Part shown: piece after piece, positions 1-9,353 of the stretch
Position numbering within the stretch: the stretch's first letter is position 1
Layout: each line of letters opens with the position of its first letter
Source: an uncultured delta proteobacterium
GTDB taxonomy: Bacteria > Desulfobacterota > Syntrophobacteria > BM002
DNA: 56,690 nt
Assembly: GCA_963712115.1 (NCBI GenBank)
Contig: CAVQGX010000025.1
Coordinates: 1-56,690 of the forward strand
Reading direction: 5' to 3'
Translations under genes and position numbers: made by a program
The notes under the pieces: model-generated
Databases searched by the model: none
Seen by the model: the letters and a program-made list of their open reading frames with translations, nothing else
Told to the model about the DNA's origin: nothing

Positions 1-66
1 GGCGGGGGTAGCAGGCCAAACCCCCCGCCGCTCGGTGGGTTTTGTAGGAGGGGAATAGCCCCTCCT
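1..66. other. Two GC-rich hairpins downstream of the CoA-transferase operon
   Basis: GGCGGGGG..CCCCCGCC (1-29) and AGGAGGGG-AATAG-CCCCTCCT (46-66). No U-tract on the minus strand, so possibly mRNA-stabilising rather than a terminator. Confidence 0.4.
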
Positions 67-78
67 GGGTGGTGAATC

Positions 79-504
79 TTATGGAGCAATGAAATCAAGG
101 ACGAAGCTTAGCTTCATCTTGTCCTCAGGCCACATCTTGGTGCTAATCTGGTCTTTGCCGGGCCAGACATCCTTGTCATTGATCTTCTCAACGATCAGCT
201 CCAGAAAATGAAACTCCGTGAGCTGGTACTTGACTATGGCCTCAGGCGGAAGCAGCACCGCAAGCCCCGATTCCATGGACAGTTTCCACTCAAAGGTTTC
301 ATTGGGCTCATGGGTCATCTCCCCAGTTTTGCCGGTAAATACCTTGAGCAGCTTACCAGAGATCTTGTCATTGGGCTTGACTCCGTACTCTTCATAGATC
401 TCGTCTGATATGTGCCACCACAGACCGCGAAAGCCTGTCTTCACATACCCTTTGACGAGCATGGGATCGAACCCGCAAACACCCACGCGGCATTTCTCAG
501 GCAT
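79..504 (-). CDS. Hypothetical protein (141 aa), last visible gene of the CoA-transferase operon
   Basis: AGGAGG RBS before ATG; codon usage like the neighbouring genes; no recognisable family. Confidence 0.8.
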   Translation of the reverse strand: MPEKCRVGVCGFDPMLVKGYVKTGFRGLWWHISDEIYEEYGVKPNDKISGKLLKVFTGKTGEMTHEPNETFEWKLSMESGLAVLLPPEAIVKYQLTEFHFLELIVEKINDKDVWPGKDQISTKMWPEDKMKLSFVLDFIAP

Positions 505-546
505 GCTCTACCTCCTTTTGGTTCTATTTGCAGCATAAGCTCAAGT

Positions 547-879
547 TCATTTCCGCCAACTGTAACTGGAGTATTCCACAGGCTTATGCTCGGATGCTTT
601 TTCAAGTTGTTTGCTGTTAGCTTCTTCCACTGCCTGGCGTACTTCCTCAACCTGGCTGTAGCAATAGTTGAGAAACTCTTGCGCCTCAGGCCAGGTGAGA
701 TGGTCGTTTTGGAACAACCTCTGGACGAAGGGGGAGACGTGGGTAGAGATCTCATCCCTAAAATCCTCCAGCAGATATTCACCCTGCCCATCGTCCGGCA
801 CCCAGCCGAGATAGCTCCTCTTCCATCTGAGCACCATGGTCTTGAGGGTCTCGAGTTCTTTTACAACGTTCTCTTCCAT
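547..879 (-). CDS. Hypothetical acidic helical protein (110 aa)
   Basis: Starts 1 nt after the upstream stop; operon-like packing. Confidence 0.75.
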   Translation of the reverse strand: MEENVVKELETLKTMVLRWKRSYLGWVPDDGQGEYLLEDFRDEISTHVSPFVQRLFQNDHLTWPEAQEFLNYCYSQVEEVRQAVEEANSKQLEKASEHKPVEYSSYSWRK

Positions 880-880
880 G

Positions 881-1117
881 CTACTTCGCCACCTTCTTTG
901 ACTCGAAGGCGTAACACTTCTTGACCACGTTGAAGTCAGCCACGCCCCAGTAAAACGGCCAGTGAATCTTCATGCAATAGCCAATAAGGTCCGCCGGAGG
1001 AAACTTGGAGCCCTCGATCACAGGCTTGAGGTACCTGCAATCCCAACATACATGATCAGACTCCTTCTCCGGCTTCAATACCTTGTCAAGGAATTCTTGC
1101 GGCGTTAACTCTGCCAT
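881..1117 (-). CDS. Small 4-Cys protein (78 aa), possible [4Fe-4S] subunit (BssC-like pattern)
   Basis: C-x2-C-x20-C-x19-C-YAF; AAGGAG RBS. Confidence 0.75.
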   Translation of the reverse strand: MAELTPQEFLDKVLKPEKESDHVCWDCRYLKPVIEGSKFPPADLIGYCMKIHWPFYWGVADFNVVKKCYAFESKKVAK

Positions 1118-1135
1118 GCGCTACTCCTTTCTCTA

Positions 1136-1621
1136 TTACCAGTCCTTCACTTCGCCCTTTTTCTTCTTCTGCTGATACTCCTCCCATACCTCAGGCGACA
1201 GCCTCTGGATATCCCAGTTGAATGGGTAGCTTCCGGCTATGCCGCCGTCGGGCGGCTGCGGCCGCCAGCCCCTTACCGGCCTGCCCCGTATGCTGAACTT
1301 CACCATGTCCGGCACACCCAGGTAAATGTCCCTGGGCAGACACTGGAAGGGTCTGGTCCTGCCCTCTACACCCGGACTATAGTTGGAGTAGCCGTCCAAG
1401 GGCTTGTCCGCATAAAGCGGGCTGGTGTCAGGCTTCTCGCCGGGCCTGTCCTCCGGGCCCTTGTACATGTGGCCCTGGATCATGTGGATGTAGTAGACTG
1501 CACCGCATTCGGCACAGTTGATTTTACCTTCCCAGTTCCAGAAACAGTAAGGATCCAGGTAGTTAACCGTGTTACAGGGTTTTCCACCCACATCTTTTTT
1601 GCACCAGATTATGTCACACAC
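1136..1621 (-). CDS. Cys-rich hypothetical protein (161 aa), putative metal-binding
   Basis: N-terminal Cys cluster including CAEC; GTG start after an AGGAGG RBS. Confidence 0.8.
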   Translation of the reverse strand: MCDIIWCKKDVGGKPCNTVNYLDPYCFWNWEGKINCAECGAVYYIHMIQGHMYKGPEDRPGEKPDTSPLYADKPLDGYSNYSPGVEGRTRPFQCLPRDIYLGVPDMVKFSIRGRPVRGWRPQPPDGGIAGSYPFNWDIQRLSPEVWEEYQQKKKKGEVKDW

Positions 1622-1635
1622 AGTTCATCCCTCCT

Positions 1636-3066
1636 TTATATCCAGGCTTTCTCATACCACTCTTCGATGGTCTTGGTTGGATAGCCGAGCAGCTCGTGGT
1701 AGATCTTGACGTTGTCAGCACCAACCGGCCGCCAGATCCAGTAAAGTCTCCTCGGGGTTTTCTCCATCAGGCCGGCACCGTAGGTACCCATCACACCTAC
1801 ATCTCCAAAGATGGGATCCTCCTGCCACCTGACGGTCCCCCTGGTCCTCCAGTGCTCGGACTCGTAGACCTCCTTGTCGTTCATCACCGGTTCGGCCAAA
1901 AGCCCGGCATCCTGGCAGACCTTTACCACCTGGGACCTGGACTTGTCCTTAGCCCACTGTTCCAGAGCCGCGTAGATTTCCACCTGAGCCTCGGCCCTGA
2001 CCCTCTGATCGTGAGCCTTGTATTTGTCGAGAAGGCCTTTGTTGCCGGTGATCTTGCAGAGCTCTGCGAAGTCCTCATCCTGGAAGGCACTGATCATGGC
2101 ATACCTGGCGCAAAACTTTTCCTGCGGGTTCTTGGCATCCGGAAAGTCGGACTTGCCGCAGAGAATGATGCCGTGGGCGCAAAGCTGGGTGTCCCAGTTG
2201 CCCCACCTCTGGCGCACAATGCCGAACCTGCCGTAGAGCGGCGCCGCAAAGCCCAGACACCTGGTGGCCGCCTGCACCTGGGAGAACTCGATCATGGTGC
2301 CCAGCCCGGTCTTCCGCCGCCAGTGGAGGGCTGCCAGAATCCCGAAGGTGATCTGGGTGCCGGAGTACCAGTCGATGCACCAGTTGGAGTGCTTGGCAGC
2401 GTGGCCGCCAAAGCTTTCGTGGAAGCCGGTTACCGAGGCGAGCCCGGCGTGGGCCTGCCCCAGAATGTCGTAGGAGCCGCCGAATACCTTGGGCCCATAG
2501 CCGAAACCTCCACCCCACACATAGATGAACCGGGGGTTCATCTCGAGCAGGTAGCGGTAGCTCTGTCTCCACCTGTCAAAGGTGCCAGGGCGGTAGCATT
2601 CGGTAAGACCATCGGACATCTTCACCAGGGAGTAGAAGGCCTCCTTCATCTCGTCCAGGTGATAGTCCATACTGATGTGGTACTCGTTGGGATTGGCGTT
2701 CAAATATCCCATACCCGTGCCGGTCATGGGCCTGGTGTCGTGCAAGGGATAGAGATAGGTCTCGTTGAAAGGAGCACAGTGCCGCATGGGATCACCCATC
2801 CGCGGCATCTCCACCTTGATCACGTCGGCCCCGAGCTCAGCCAAATTGCTGACGGAATGAGGCGTGAAGATGTACATGGTGGTGCTCATCCACCGGATGC
2901 CCTTGAGAGACTGGGGCTTGCCGAACTCATTGCCCGGATCGAACTTGGCCCGGCAGTACTCCTCATAGGGCATCTTCATCTCTTCGAGCTCTTCCTTGCT
3001 CTTGGGGCCCGGCAGATCCTCAAGTCTTGTTTCACGTGGATCTTTGTTATACTTGAGTTTATGCAT
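1636..3066 (-). CDS. Class III (CaiB/BaiF) CoA-transferase, subunit 2
   Basis: [33 protein letters not shown] motifs; Asp at the expected catalytic position (CIDWYSG). Confidence 0.85.
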   Translation of the reverse strand: MHKLKYNKDPRETRLEDLPGPKSKEELEEMKMPYEEYCRAKFDPGNEFGKPQSLKGIRWMSTTMYIFTPHSVSNLAELGADVIKVEMPRMGDPMRHCAPFNETYLYPLHDTRPMTGTGMGYLNANPNEYHISMDYHLDEMKEAFYSLVKMSDGLTECYRPGTFDRWRQSYRYLLEMNPRFIYVWGGGFGYGPKVFGGSYDILGQAHAGLASVTGFHESFGGHAAKHSNWCIDWYSGTQITFGILAALHWRRKTGLGTMIEFSQVQAATRCLGFAAPLYGRFGIVRQRWGNWDTQLCAHGIILCGKSDFPDAKNPQEKFCARYAMISAFQDEDFAELCKITGNKGLLDKYKAHDQRVRAEAQVEIYAALEQWAKDKSRSQVVKVCQDAGLLAEPVMNDKEVYESEHWRTRGTVRWQEDPIFGDVGVMGTYGAGLMEKTPRRLYWIWRPVGADNVKIYHELLGYPTKTIEEWYEKAWI

Positions 3067-3067
3067 C

Positions 3068-4555
3068 TTATATAACCCCCTTCTCCTTGAGTTCGTTGAC
3101 TTCTGTTTGACCTATACCGCACAGCTTCATAAAGACCTCATAGTTATCGTAGCCGAGGGGCCTGCCCAACTGCTTGACCCGGTGCGGTGTCCTCATCTGG
3201 TAGTTGTTGGGTGACACCGAGAAAAGCAGGGTCCCATAGTGATCGGTATCAATGGTGCAGACCCAGGGGCGATACACGAAGTGGGGGAACTCGGAGACCT
3301 CGTCGATGAACAGAACCGGACCGGCTGCAATCTCGTACTCCAGAAGCTTCTGCTCGGCCTCGATGCGGTTGATGTCCCTCAGCCAACGGGTGGTGAGGGT
3401 ATAGGTCTTGATCAGCATCTCCAGGGCGTTCCTGCCGCCCATCTCTTTGAGGATGGGATCTTCGTGGATCAGCCGGCCAAACTGGGGGAAATCACGCTCA
3501 ATGCACATGCCGATGCGGTACCACAGCCGGTCGGTCTGCCCGCCGATCATCATGTAGCCGTCCCGGCAGGGGTTCCACTCGTACTGGTTCAGGTTGGGGT
3601 CCCAGCCGCCGGTCCTCGCCTTGATGGAGGCGTTGAACATATACCAGCTGATGTCAAAGTCCAGAATGTCCATCTGGGTCTCGGCACCGGTCACCTCACA
3701 GAACTGACCCTCACCGGTGAACTCATCTCTCCAGTACAGGGCTGCCAGCAGGGTGTTTGCCCCCTGCTCACCGGCAACAAAATCAGCAAACCAGACACCG
3801 GACCTGGTGGGCGAGCCGCCGCTCTCTCTGGGGAGCTGGTCCTGGGGAAAGCCGGTGTTGTGGACGAAGGCGTTGGAGCAGCCACCAAAGGGCTCCAGGG
3901 TCCACTGGCCGAACTTGGACGTCTTATCCTTGTAGGGGCCCCAGGTGCCGCGCACGGCTATATTCAGATAGACCAGCCTGGGGAACTCCTTGCGAAGGTG
4001 CCGGTAGCCCAGACCAAGGCTGTCCATGTAGCCCGCAGGCATCTCATCGATCACCCCATCGGCCATGCCGACCAGCCTCCTGTAAATCTTACGACCCTCC
4101 TCGGTCTCGAGGTTCAGGGTTACGGACTTCTGTCCCCTCATCTCGTGGATGAAGTCCAGGCCGCATTTTTCGCCGGTAATCTTGCTCTCCAGCATGTATT
4201 CCTTTCTGCCAAAGGGAGTGAGTTGCCTTGCGGGGTCTCCTTCGGGGGGCTCGATGTTGATCACCTCGGCCCCGGCCTCGCAAAGCAAACCGCCGCAGAA
4301 CTTGTGGCCCATTCTCCAGAGCCCTACACAGACAAACCTGAATCCTTGCAGGGCCTCGGGTTTAGCAAAGCAGTACTCATACCTGAGGTTGTCCTCGCAC
4401 CATTTGCCGAAATCTTCCGCCTTCCTTCTGGCGTACACCTTTGCCACTTCTTCCGGCGAAGGAGGCGGCGTCACCGGCCAGGGCCTGATGTCGGGATGCA
4501 TCAGATCGATGGTGTCCGCCCTGCTGTTTATTTCTACATCTTTCTTTTCTGCCAT
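3068..4555 (-). CDS. Class III (CaiB/BaiF) CoA-transferase, subunit 1
   Basis: [28 protein letters not shown] motifs; FADFVAG Asp. Start moved to ATG 4555 (GGAGG RBS). Confidence 0.85.
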   Translation of the reverse strand: MAEKKDVEINSRADTIDLMHPDIRPWPVTPPPSPEEVAKVYARRKAEDFGKWCEDNLRYEYCFAKPEALQGFRFVCVGLWRMGHKFCGGLLCEAGAEVINIEPPEGDPARQLTPFGRKEYMLESKITGEKCGLDFIHEMRGQKSVTLNLETEEGRKIYRRLVGMADGVIDEMPAGYMDSLGLGYRHLRKEFPRLVYLNIAVRGTWGPYKDKTSKFGQWTLEPFGGCSNAFVHNTGFPQDQLPRESGGSPTRSGVWFADFVAGEQGANTLLAALYWRDEFTGEGQFCEVTGAETQMDILDFDISWYMFNASIKARTGGWDPNLNQYEWNPCRDGYMMIGGQTDRLWYRIGMCIERDFPQFGRLIHEDPILKEMGGRNALEMLIKTYTLTTRWLRDINRIEAEQKLLEYEIAAGPVLFIDEVSEFPHFVYRPWVCTIDTDHYGTLLFSVSPNNYQMRTPHRVKQLGRPLGYDNYEVFMKLCGIGQTEVNELKEKGVI

Positions 4556-4896
4556 GTTTTGACCTCCCATCTTTCGGTTTTTCTGAAACCAATGCCACAG
4601 TCCTCCCCTAGTCGATAATCAGGTTCGGTAATTCAGACCCGCAAGGTCACTTAGCGTTAAATAGAAACCTTAACTGGGAGGAGGCGGTCTTTTGTTTTAG
4701 TTCTCACCTCCTTTCTACTAGTGTAAATGGTTGTATACTGAATTGGGTCAATTGAGCTGAAAAACCAGCTATAACCCAGCCTTTTGGTCACCGCTGAAGA
4801 AGTTGATCCGCTGTCAATCAGCCTTTGGATGCCAAGCACTTTTGATTTAATATCTTGAGCGGATGCTTATGAGCGAATGAGAAGTAAAACGGCTTG

Positions 4897-5276
4897 CGTC
4901 TTACTGGTGGATTTATTACAAGTTTCCTGCCAGGAATAGAGCATCAAAGCGACTTTTTATAATATGTCTTAATTTGATGTAATTTTAAATAGTTGCTGGC
5001 TGGAAGGAAATGCAGTTTCTGGGCTCTGGCAGGGTTGAAACTTGGGGAAGATCACCATCGCTGTATCAAACCGGACCCTATTTTAGCAGAAGATTGGCGA
5101 ATACCCAGACAAGGTAGGGTTTTCTGGACTGTCAAAAAAAGGACCCCTTTCTGTTCGTATTTCAAACAGGAGCAGTTCCTTTCTTCAGACTGTAGCGCCG
5201 AATTTTGCTATGCAACGTACTACGGCTGATTTTGAGGCTTCGAGCAGCTTCATGCTTGTTCCAGTTGGATTCCTGG
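4897..5276. repeat. 380-bp diverged direct repeat, copy A (promoter region plus 3' HTH stub of the sigma54 activator)
   Basis: Colinear with 8974-9353. 5161-5276 encodes [37 protein letters not shown] on the minus strand. Confidence 0.9.
4918..4932 (-). promoter_or_regulatory. Candidate sigma54 promoter for the CoA-transferase operon (variant -12)
   Basis: TGGCAG-GAAAC-TTGT, identical in repeat copy B (8995-9009) although the flanks have diverged; GT instead of GC at -12. Confidence 0.5.
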
Positions 5277-5277
5277 T

Positions 5278-5577
5278 TTATTCGCTCCTGAGCTTTTCAA
5301 GTAGTTCTTCTAGTTCTTCATGCTGTCCCGTTTTATCAAGATGGCCGAGTGATATAAAAGCGTCTAGGATGAAACTTAGATTATCTGCCTTACTTCTAAA
5401 AACCTCCATCAGCATTGCTACTATCAGACTCTGCTTGCCACCATAAGCAGCCCTGATCACATCGCCTGTTTTTCTTTCCGACTGGGGGTTTTCGGCGATG
5501 ATCAGAAAGTTTTCAACGTCGTGACTCTGTAGTGTCTCAACGGCCTGCCTTAAGAAATCGCTATGCTTATCTCCCAT
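5278..5577 (-). CDS. Hypothetical protein (99 aa)
   Basis: AGGAG/AAGGA upstream of ATG; plausible protein composition. Confidence 0.65.
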   Translation of the reverse strand: MGDKHSDFLRQAVETLQSHDVENFLIIAENPQSERKTGDVIRAAYGGKQSLIVAMLMEVFRSKADNLSFILDAFISLGHLDKTGQHEELEELLEKLRSE

Positions 5578-5674
5578 TCCTTTTTCTCCTTACCTCAAAG
5601 TGTTCTGTCATGGATTTTCAGATATCATCTAACACACCTTCCTCTTATTAGCCCGCAAAATGTCAACCGACAAA

Positions 5675-6361
5675 TCAGAGCGATAAACGTTTTGCGCAGG
5701 AGGCTGATCCAGAATAAGGAGTTTCGGTCACTTCGTAGATATAGTAAAGCCTCAAATAGTTGTAGTATTTGTAGTTGAGCGTCGGAACAAAGGTTGCCTT
5801 AGCAAAAGCAGGCGGTAAAGAGCTAAGCATGCCCCGTTTCATCACATTCTCTCCGACAAATTTATGGATTAATACAGAGCCTGGTAAATCTACCCAATGG
5901 CTCTCCAAGACTTCTGGTAAGTGGGCTATGAGAGCAATGCCCTCGTCAACAGTTAGAGCAAATCTTTCCTCATCATTGAAGGTCTTAACGCACTTCTTGG
6001 GTGTTGTATTCTTCATGGCGTAACCGTTTTCGACATCTATTAAAAGATAGGGTTTGTCCGGAGTCGACACACCTTTGGCGTTCTCGAACCACTCGGGCTT
6101 GATGATATGCTCCAATTGAATGTCATTGATACTTTGCCTTATTCTTTCGAGTTGGTAACTTAGAGGCACAATAATATTAGGTAAAACGATCAAAATGGGA
6201 ATATGGTTCTCTTCTATCTTAGTATCTTTGTCATTCTCAACGAGCAGTTGTTTTAAGGGCATGATGTGGCGGTTGACAAAATCACTTTCGCTCAGACCAG
6301 TAGGTATATGGAACTTTCTTTCTATAATTGTGCTTACTTGTTTAGCAAAAAGCTCTACCAA
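5675..6361 (-). CDS. Hypothetical protein, resembles DUF5701 family
   Basis: PYLLIDVENG and LTVDEGIAL..PEVL segments recalled from DUF5701 proteins; start uncertain. Confidence 0.6.
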   Translation of the reverse strand: MVELFAKQVSTIIERKFHIPTGLSESDFVNRHIMPLKQLLVENDKDTKIEENHIPILIVLPNIIVPLSYQLERIRQSINDIQLEHIIKPEWFENAKGVSTPDKPYLLIDVENGYAMKNTTPKKCVKTFNDEERFALTVDEGIALIAHLPEVLESHWVDLPGSVLIHKFVGENVMKRGMLSSLPPAFAKATFVPTLNYKYYNYLRLYYIYEVTETPYSGSASCAKRLSL

Positions 6362-6646
6362 AATATCTACGGCTCCTCCATGAAATATCCGGGCTATTTT
6401 TTAGCATTGACATCTTTTCTGTGTTCTGACTATCCTGATTGTAAGCAGCTTTCTTTTTCTAGTTGGTCCGAACTCAGAAAACCTAAATTCTGCATTTCCT
6501 CGCGCATATTGTTCCAACACCCCCGAAAAATCAGAGACAAGTGAGAAGGATATTCTCTCTCCTTAGTGGCTGCATGCCATCTGGCAAAACTGGCACTTTA
6601 GAACAGGTTTCCGCTCCGACCCAAGTGCATTGAAAGGAGAGCAGTC

Positions 6647-7090
6647 ATGAGCGCTAGATTCGCCAACAAGAATGACATTAACAAAGTATTGGAAATAGAG
6701 CGTCTGTCGTTCTTACAGCCGTGGGATTATCATATCTTCAAATTGGCATTAGACGATATATTTCTGGTCTTTGACGAGCAAGACATCTCGGGTTACTTAA
6801 TTGCTGTTTGTTGTTCTAAGAATATCAGATCTACTATTATGAAAATGGCTGTTCACCCTGAGCACAGACGAAAAGGTGTAGCCACAGCCCTACTCAATCG
6901 AGTTTTGGAAATACTGAAGGAAAAGAAAATCATAGATGTCTGCCTGAATGTTGAAATGATAAGAAAACCAGCAATAGCATTATATGAGAAATTTGGGTTT
7001 AAGATTATGCAGACAATTCACCTGGATTATGAAGATGATCTTGCCGATGATGCCTTCTATATAATGAAGTTAATTCTTGCCGAGAGTTAG
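6647..7090 (+). CDS. RimI-like GNAT acetyltransferase
   Basis: IERLSF..PW, AVHPEHRRKGVA (acetyl-CoA motif A), AIALYEKFGF. Confidence 0.85.
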   Translation: MSARFANKNDINKVLEIERLSFLQPWDYHIFKLALDDIFLVFDEQDISGYLIAVCCSKNIRSTIMKMAVHPEHRRKGVATALLNRVLEILKEKKIIDVCLNVEMIRKPAIALYEKFGFKIMQTIHLDYEDDLADDAFYIMKLILAES

Positions 7091-7093
7091 ATT

Positions 7094-7414
7094 TTAATTC
7101 TCACGCCTGATCACTCTTATACCATCATCTGTCATTATGACCTCCTTTCTCCCAGGCTCCTCTAGAACATTTTTCAAATTTCGCTTTTCAAACAAATCAA
7201 TGACCTCATCCGGTGTGTTATGATGCAAGTAATCATAGTCAAGACTGAAAAAATGTTCGATCTTATGACCACGGTCTTCAAGGCGAAATATGTGTTTTCT
7301 AAAGAGTTGGCATCTGAGAGCGTCCTCTATCTTTTCGATTAGACATTCTGGAAATAGTGATTGAAGATAAGATGCAATGGCTTCAAGCTTGTCTGCCCAT
7401 TCTTGATAAGTCAT
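7094..7414 (-). CDS. Hypothetical protein (106 aa)
   Basis: Purine-rich RBS; convergent with the GNAT gene. Confidence 0.6.
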   Translation of the reverse strand: MTYQEWADKLEAIASYLQSLFPECLIEKIEDALRCQLFRKHIFRLEDRGHKIEHFFSLDYDYLHHNTPDEVIDLFEKRNLKNVLEEPGRKEVIMTDDGIRVIRREN

Positions 7415-7499
7415 CCTCTTTTCCTTCTTTTCTTCTTCGGTTATCCCCGACTTGCTCTGGGATTAAGTTCTCTTTGCTGTATCGCAGTTCGCCAAAGCC

Positions 7500-7617
7500 G
7501 TCATTCCTGACGAGCACCGCTTTGCGGGGCGAGATCCGGAGTCCAGTGAAAAATCAATATAATCAAATTTCTCCTGGATCCCGGCTCGCGTCCGCAGGCG
7601 GACTTGGCCGGGATGAC
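7500..7617. repeat. GTCATTCC...GGGATGAC palindromic REP-like element
   Basis: Inverted ends with internal hairpins; related elements at 38737-38827 and 39746-39809. Confidence 0.6.
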
Positions 7618-7784
7618 GAATTGCTACACAGCTTCTTTTACGGGCAACTCCTGGGCCCATCCCATTCTCTTCGCTGAACGGAAATGTTAATATTTTGTCT
7701 AATTATCTTCTACCTAGGTCGACAAATTGCAATTCTACAGATTATGATATTTTTCTAAACAAGCATCAGAAAGGGTTGAAAAAA

Positions 7785-7955
7785 ATGTGGATTGCGAGAC
7801 TTTCTAGTGGTGTTGAGATCGATGTTTCCGGCAGTCTAAGAGTTTTAGAGATCGAAAATCGCTTTTATGTGGTAGGGCAGGAAATGTTGATTCCGGTGAA
7901 AAGCCGTGAGAGAGGCCGAGAAGAAATCAGGAAGATAAAAGAGGGTGAATGTTGA
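7785..7955 (+). CDS. Small hypothetical protein (56 aa)
   Basis: MWIARLSSGVEIDV..; ATG at 7785 is in frame with the track ORF. Confidence 0.5.
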   Translation: MWIARLSSGVEIDVSGSLRVLEIENRFYVVGQEMLIPVKSRERGREEIRKIKEGEC

Positions 7956-8438
7956 AGGCCGCCGCTTACTGCCGTGTAAGTAGTAGTAGATAAAGAGAAA
8001 GAAATCAGTATCCCTTGATACTCTGCAACTATGGTTAATGAAACCGGCAGGAAAAACCCAAAGGACAAGGCCCTGAAACTGGCCTTGAATGCCCTTGGCT
8101 GGGCGGATGACCCCATCCGGGAATTTGTCTCACTGGAATCTTTACTTTTCATGGCTCCCAGAGTATCCAGGGGGCCCTGGTTTAATTTTAGCCCGGATAT
8201 TTCACGAGTTGCCTGCTACGACCGCTTCAGGAACTCAGATTTTAGATTTTAGATTTCAGATTGAAGGGTGTCTGATTCATATTGGTTATTTGAATCAAAC
8301 AAGAATGCAACTTTAACTTCAACCGTGTGCTTTGTCTTACTCGATCTTGTGCAATCTCAAATCCGCAATCCGCATTCGTCGACCCGGTGGCACGCCCATC
8401 TCCACGGTCTCGCGACAGCAATTCATGAAACACCCGGT

Positions 8439-8627
8439 CTAGAACTTGATCTCAAAAGGCTCGATCTTTTTATTGCACCGGCTGCAGATGTATTCAGTTT
8501 CCCTCACATCATCAGCGGAATATGAATCCGTTATACCCCTCTGCGCCGAGATCATTTCTTCCATTCTAAGGCAATCCCTGCAAACGACCTCATCTCCAAC
8601 CTGAACCGCCGAAAAGATCTCTGCCAT
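8439..8627 (-). CDS. Small zinc-ribbon protein (62 aa)
   Basis: CRDC...CSRC; GGAGG RBS. Confidence 0.7.
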   Translation of the reverse strand: MAEIFSAVQVGDEVVCRDCLRMEEMISAQRGITDSYSADDVRETEYICSRCNKKIEPFEIKF

Positions 8628-8973
8628 TGTCTAATCCTCCCTCTGTTTGACTGTTAAAGATAAACGAAGGACAATAGCCATCTGCTCCAAAAAAACGTTG
8701 GCTTGCCGAACCCCGTGTGATCGATCAGGTATCACAAAGGCGAGAAAGTGAACTTTAGCACAATCTTTCCCAAATCGCAAAGAGAAAATTATCCCCGAGG
8801 GCGAACAAAAATGCAGACTACGACTTCAATCTTCATCCAGGATGGGATACAAAAAGTCACACGGTGACGATCGCTTGGGATCGGATTGAAAATCTCTATG
8901 TCCATGGCCTCGTAATATCTGCCGGAAAGATGCAGGGCCATGCCCTTGTATAATTGAGATCTAATACGGATTT

Positions 8974-9353
8974 CGTCTTACTGCAGGACCAATTACAAGT
9001 TTCCTGCCAGGGAACAAGGCACCAGGGCAACTTTTCAAGATGTGTCTTAATTTAACGTTATTTTAAATAGTTAGTGGATGGAAGAGAAAAAGTTTGGGCG
9101 CTACGGCTGGATCGAATTAGGGGATAGGTGGGTGATGCTGTATTAATTTGGACCCTATTTGGGCAGAAAAGTCCTGAACACTTACTCACAGACAGGTTTC
9201 CTGGACTGTCGGGAAAAAGACCCCTTTCTGTTCGTATTTCAAACAGGGACAGTTCCTTTCTTCAGGCTGTAGCGCCGAATTTTGCTATACAAAGTACTGC
9301 GACTGATTTTGAGGCTTCGAGCTGCTTCATGCTTGTTCCAGTTGGATTCCTGG
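8974..9353. repeat. 380-bp diverged direct repeat, copy B
   Basis: Colinear with 4897-5276; includes the intact 3' end of the activator gene. Confidence 0.9.

Noticed and set aside
1696-4618. Two 459-aa plus-strand ORFs
   Set aside because: Antisense shadows of the codon-biased CoA-transferase genes; no motifs.
4679-4712. AGGAGGTG/CGCCTCCT hairpin in the operon leader as a riboswitch or leader peptide
   Set aside because: No properly spaced start codon and no recognisable aptamer; too weak to call.
4820-4835. Alternative sigma54 promoter TGGCAT-CCAAA-GGCT
   Set aside because: GG-to-GC spacing is one base short of the strict requirement.
8716-8736. TGTGA...TCACA as a CRP/FNR site
   Set aside because: Spacer is 11 bp rather than 6.
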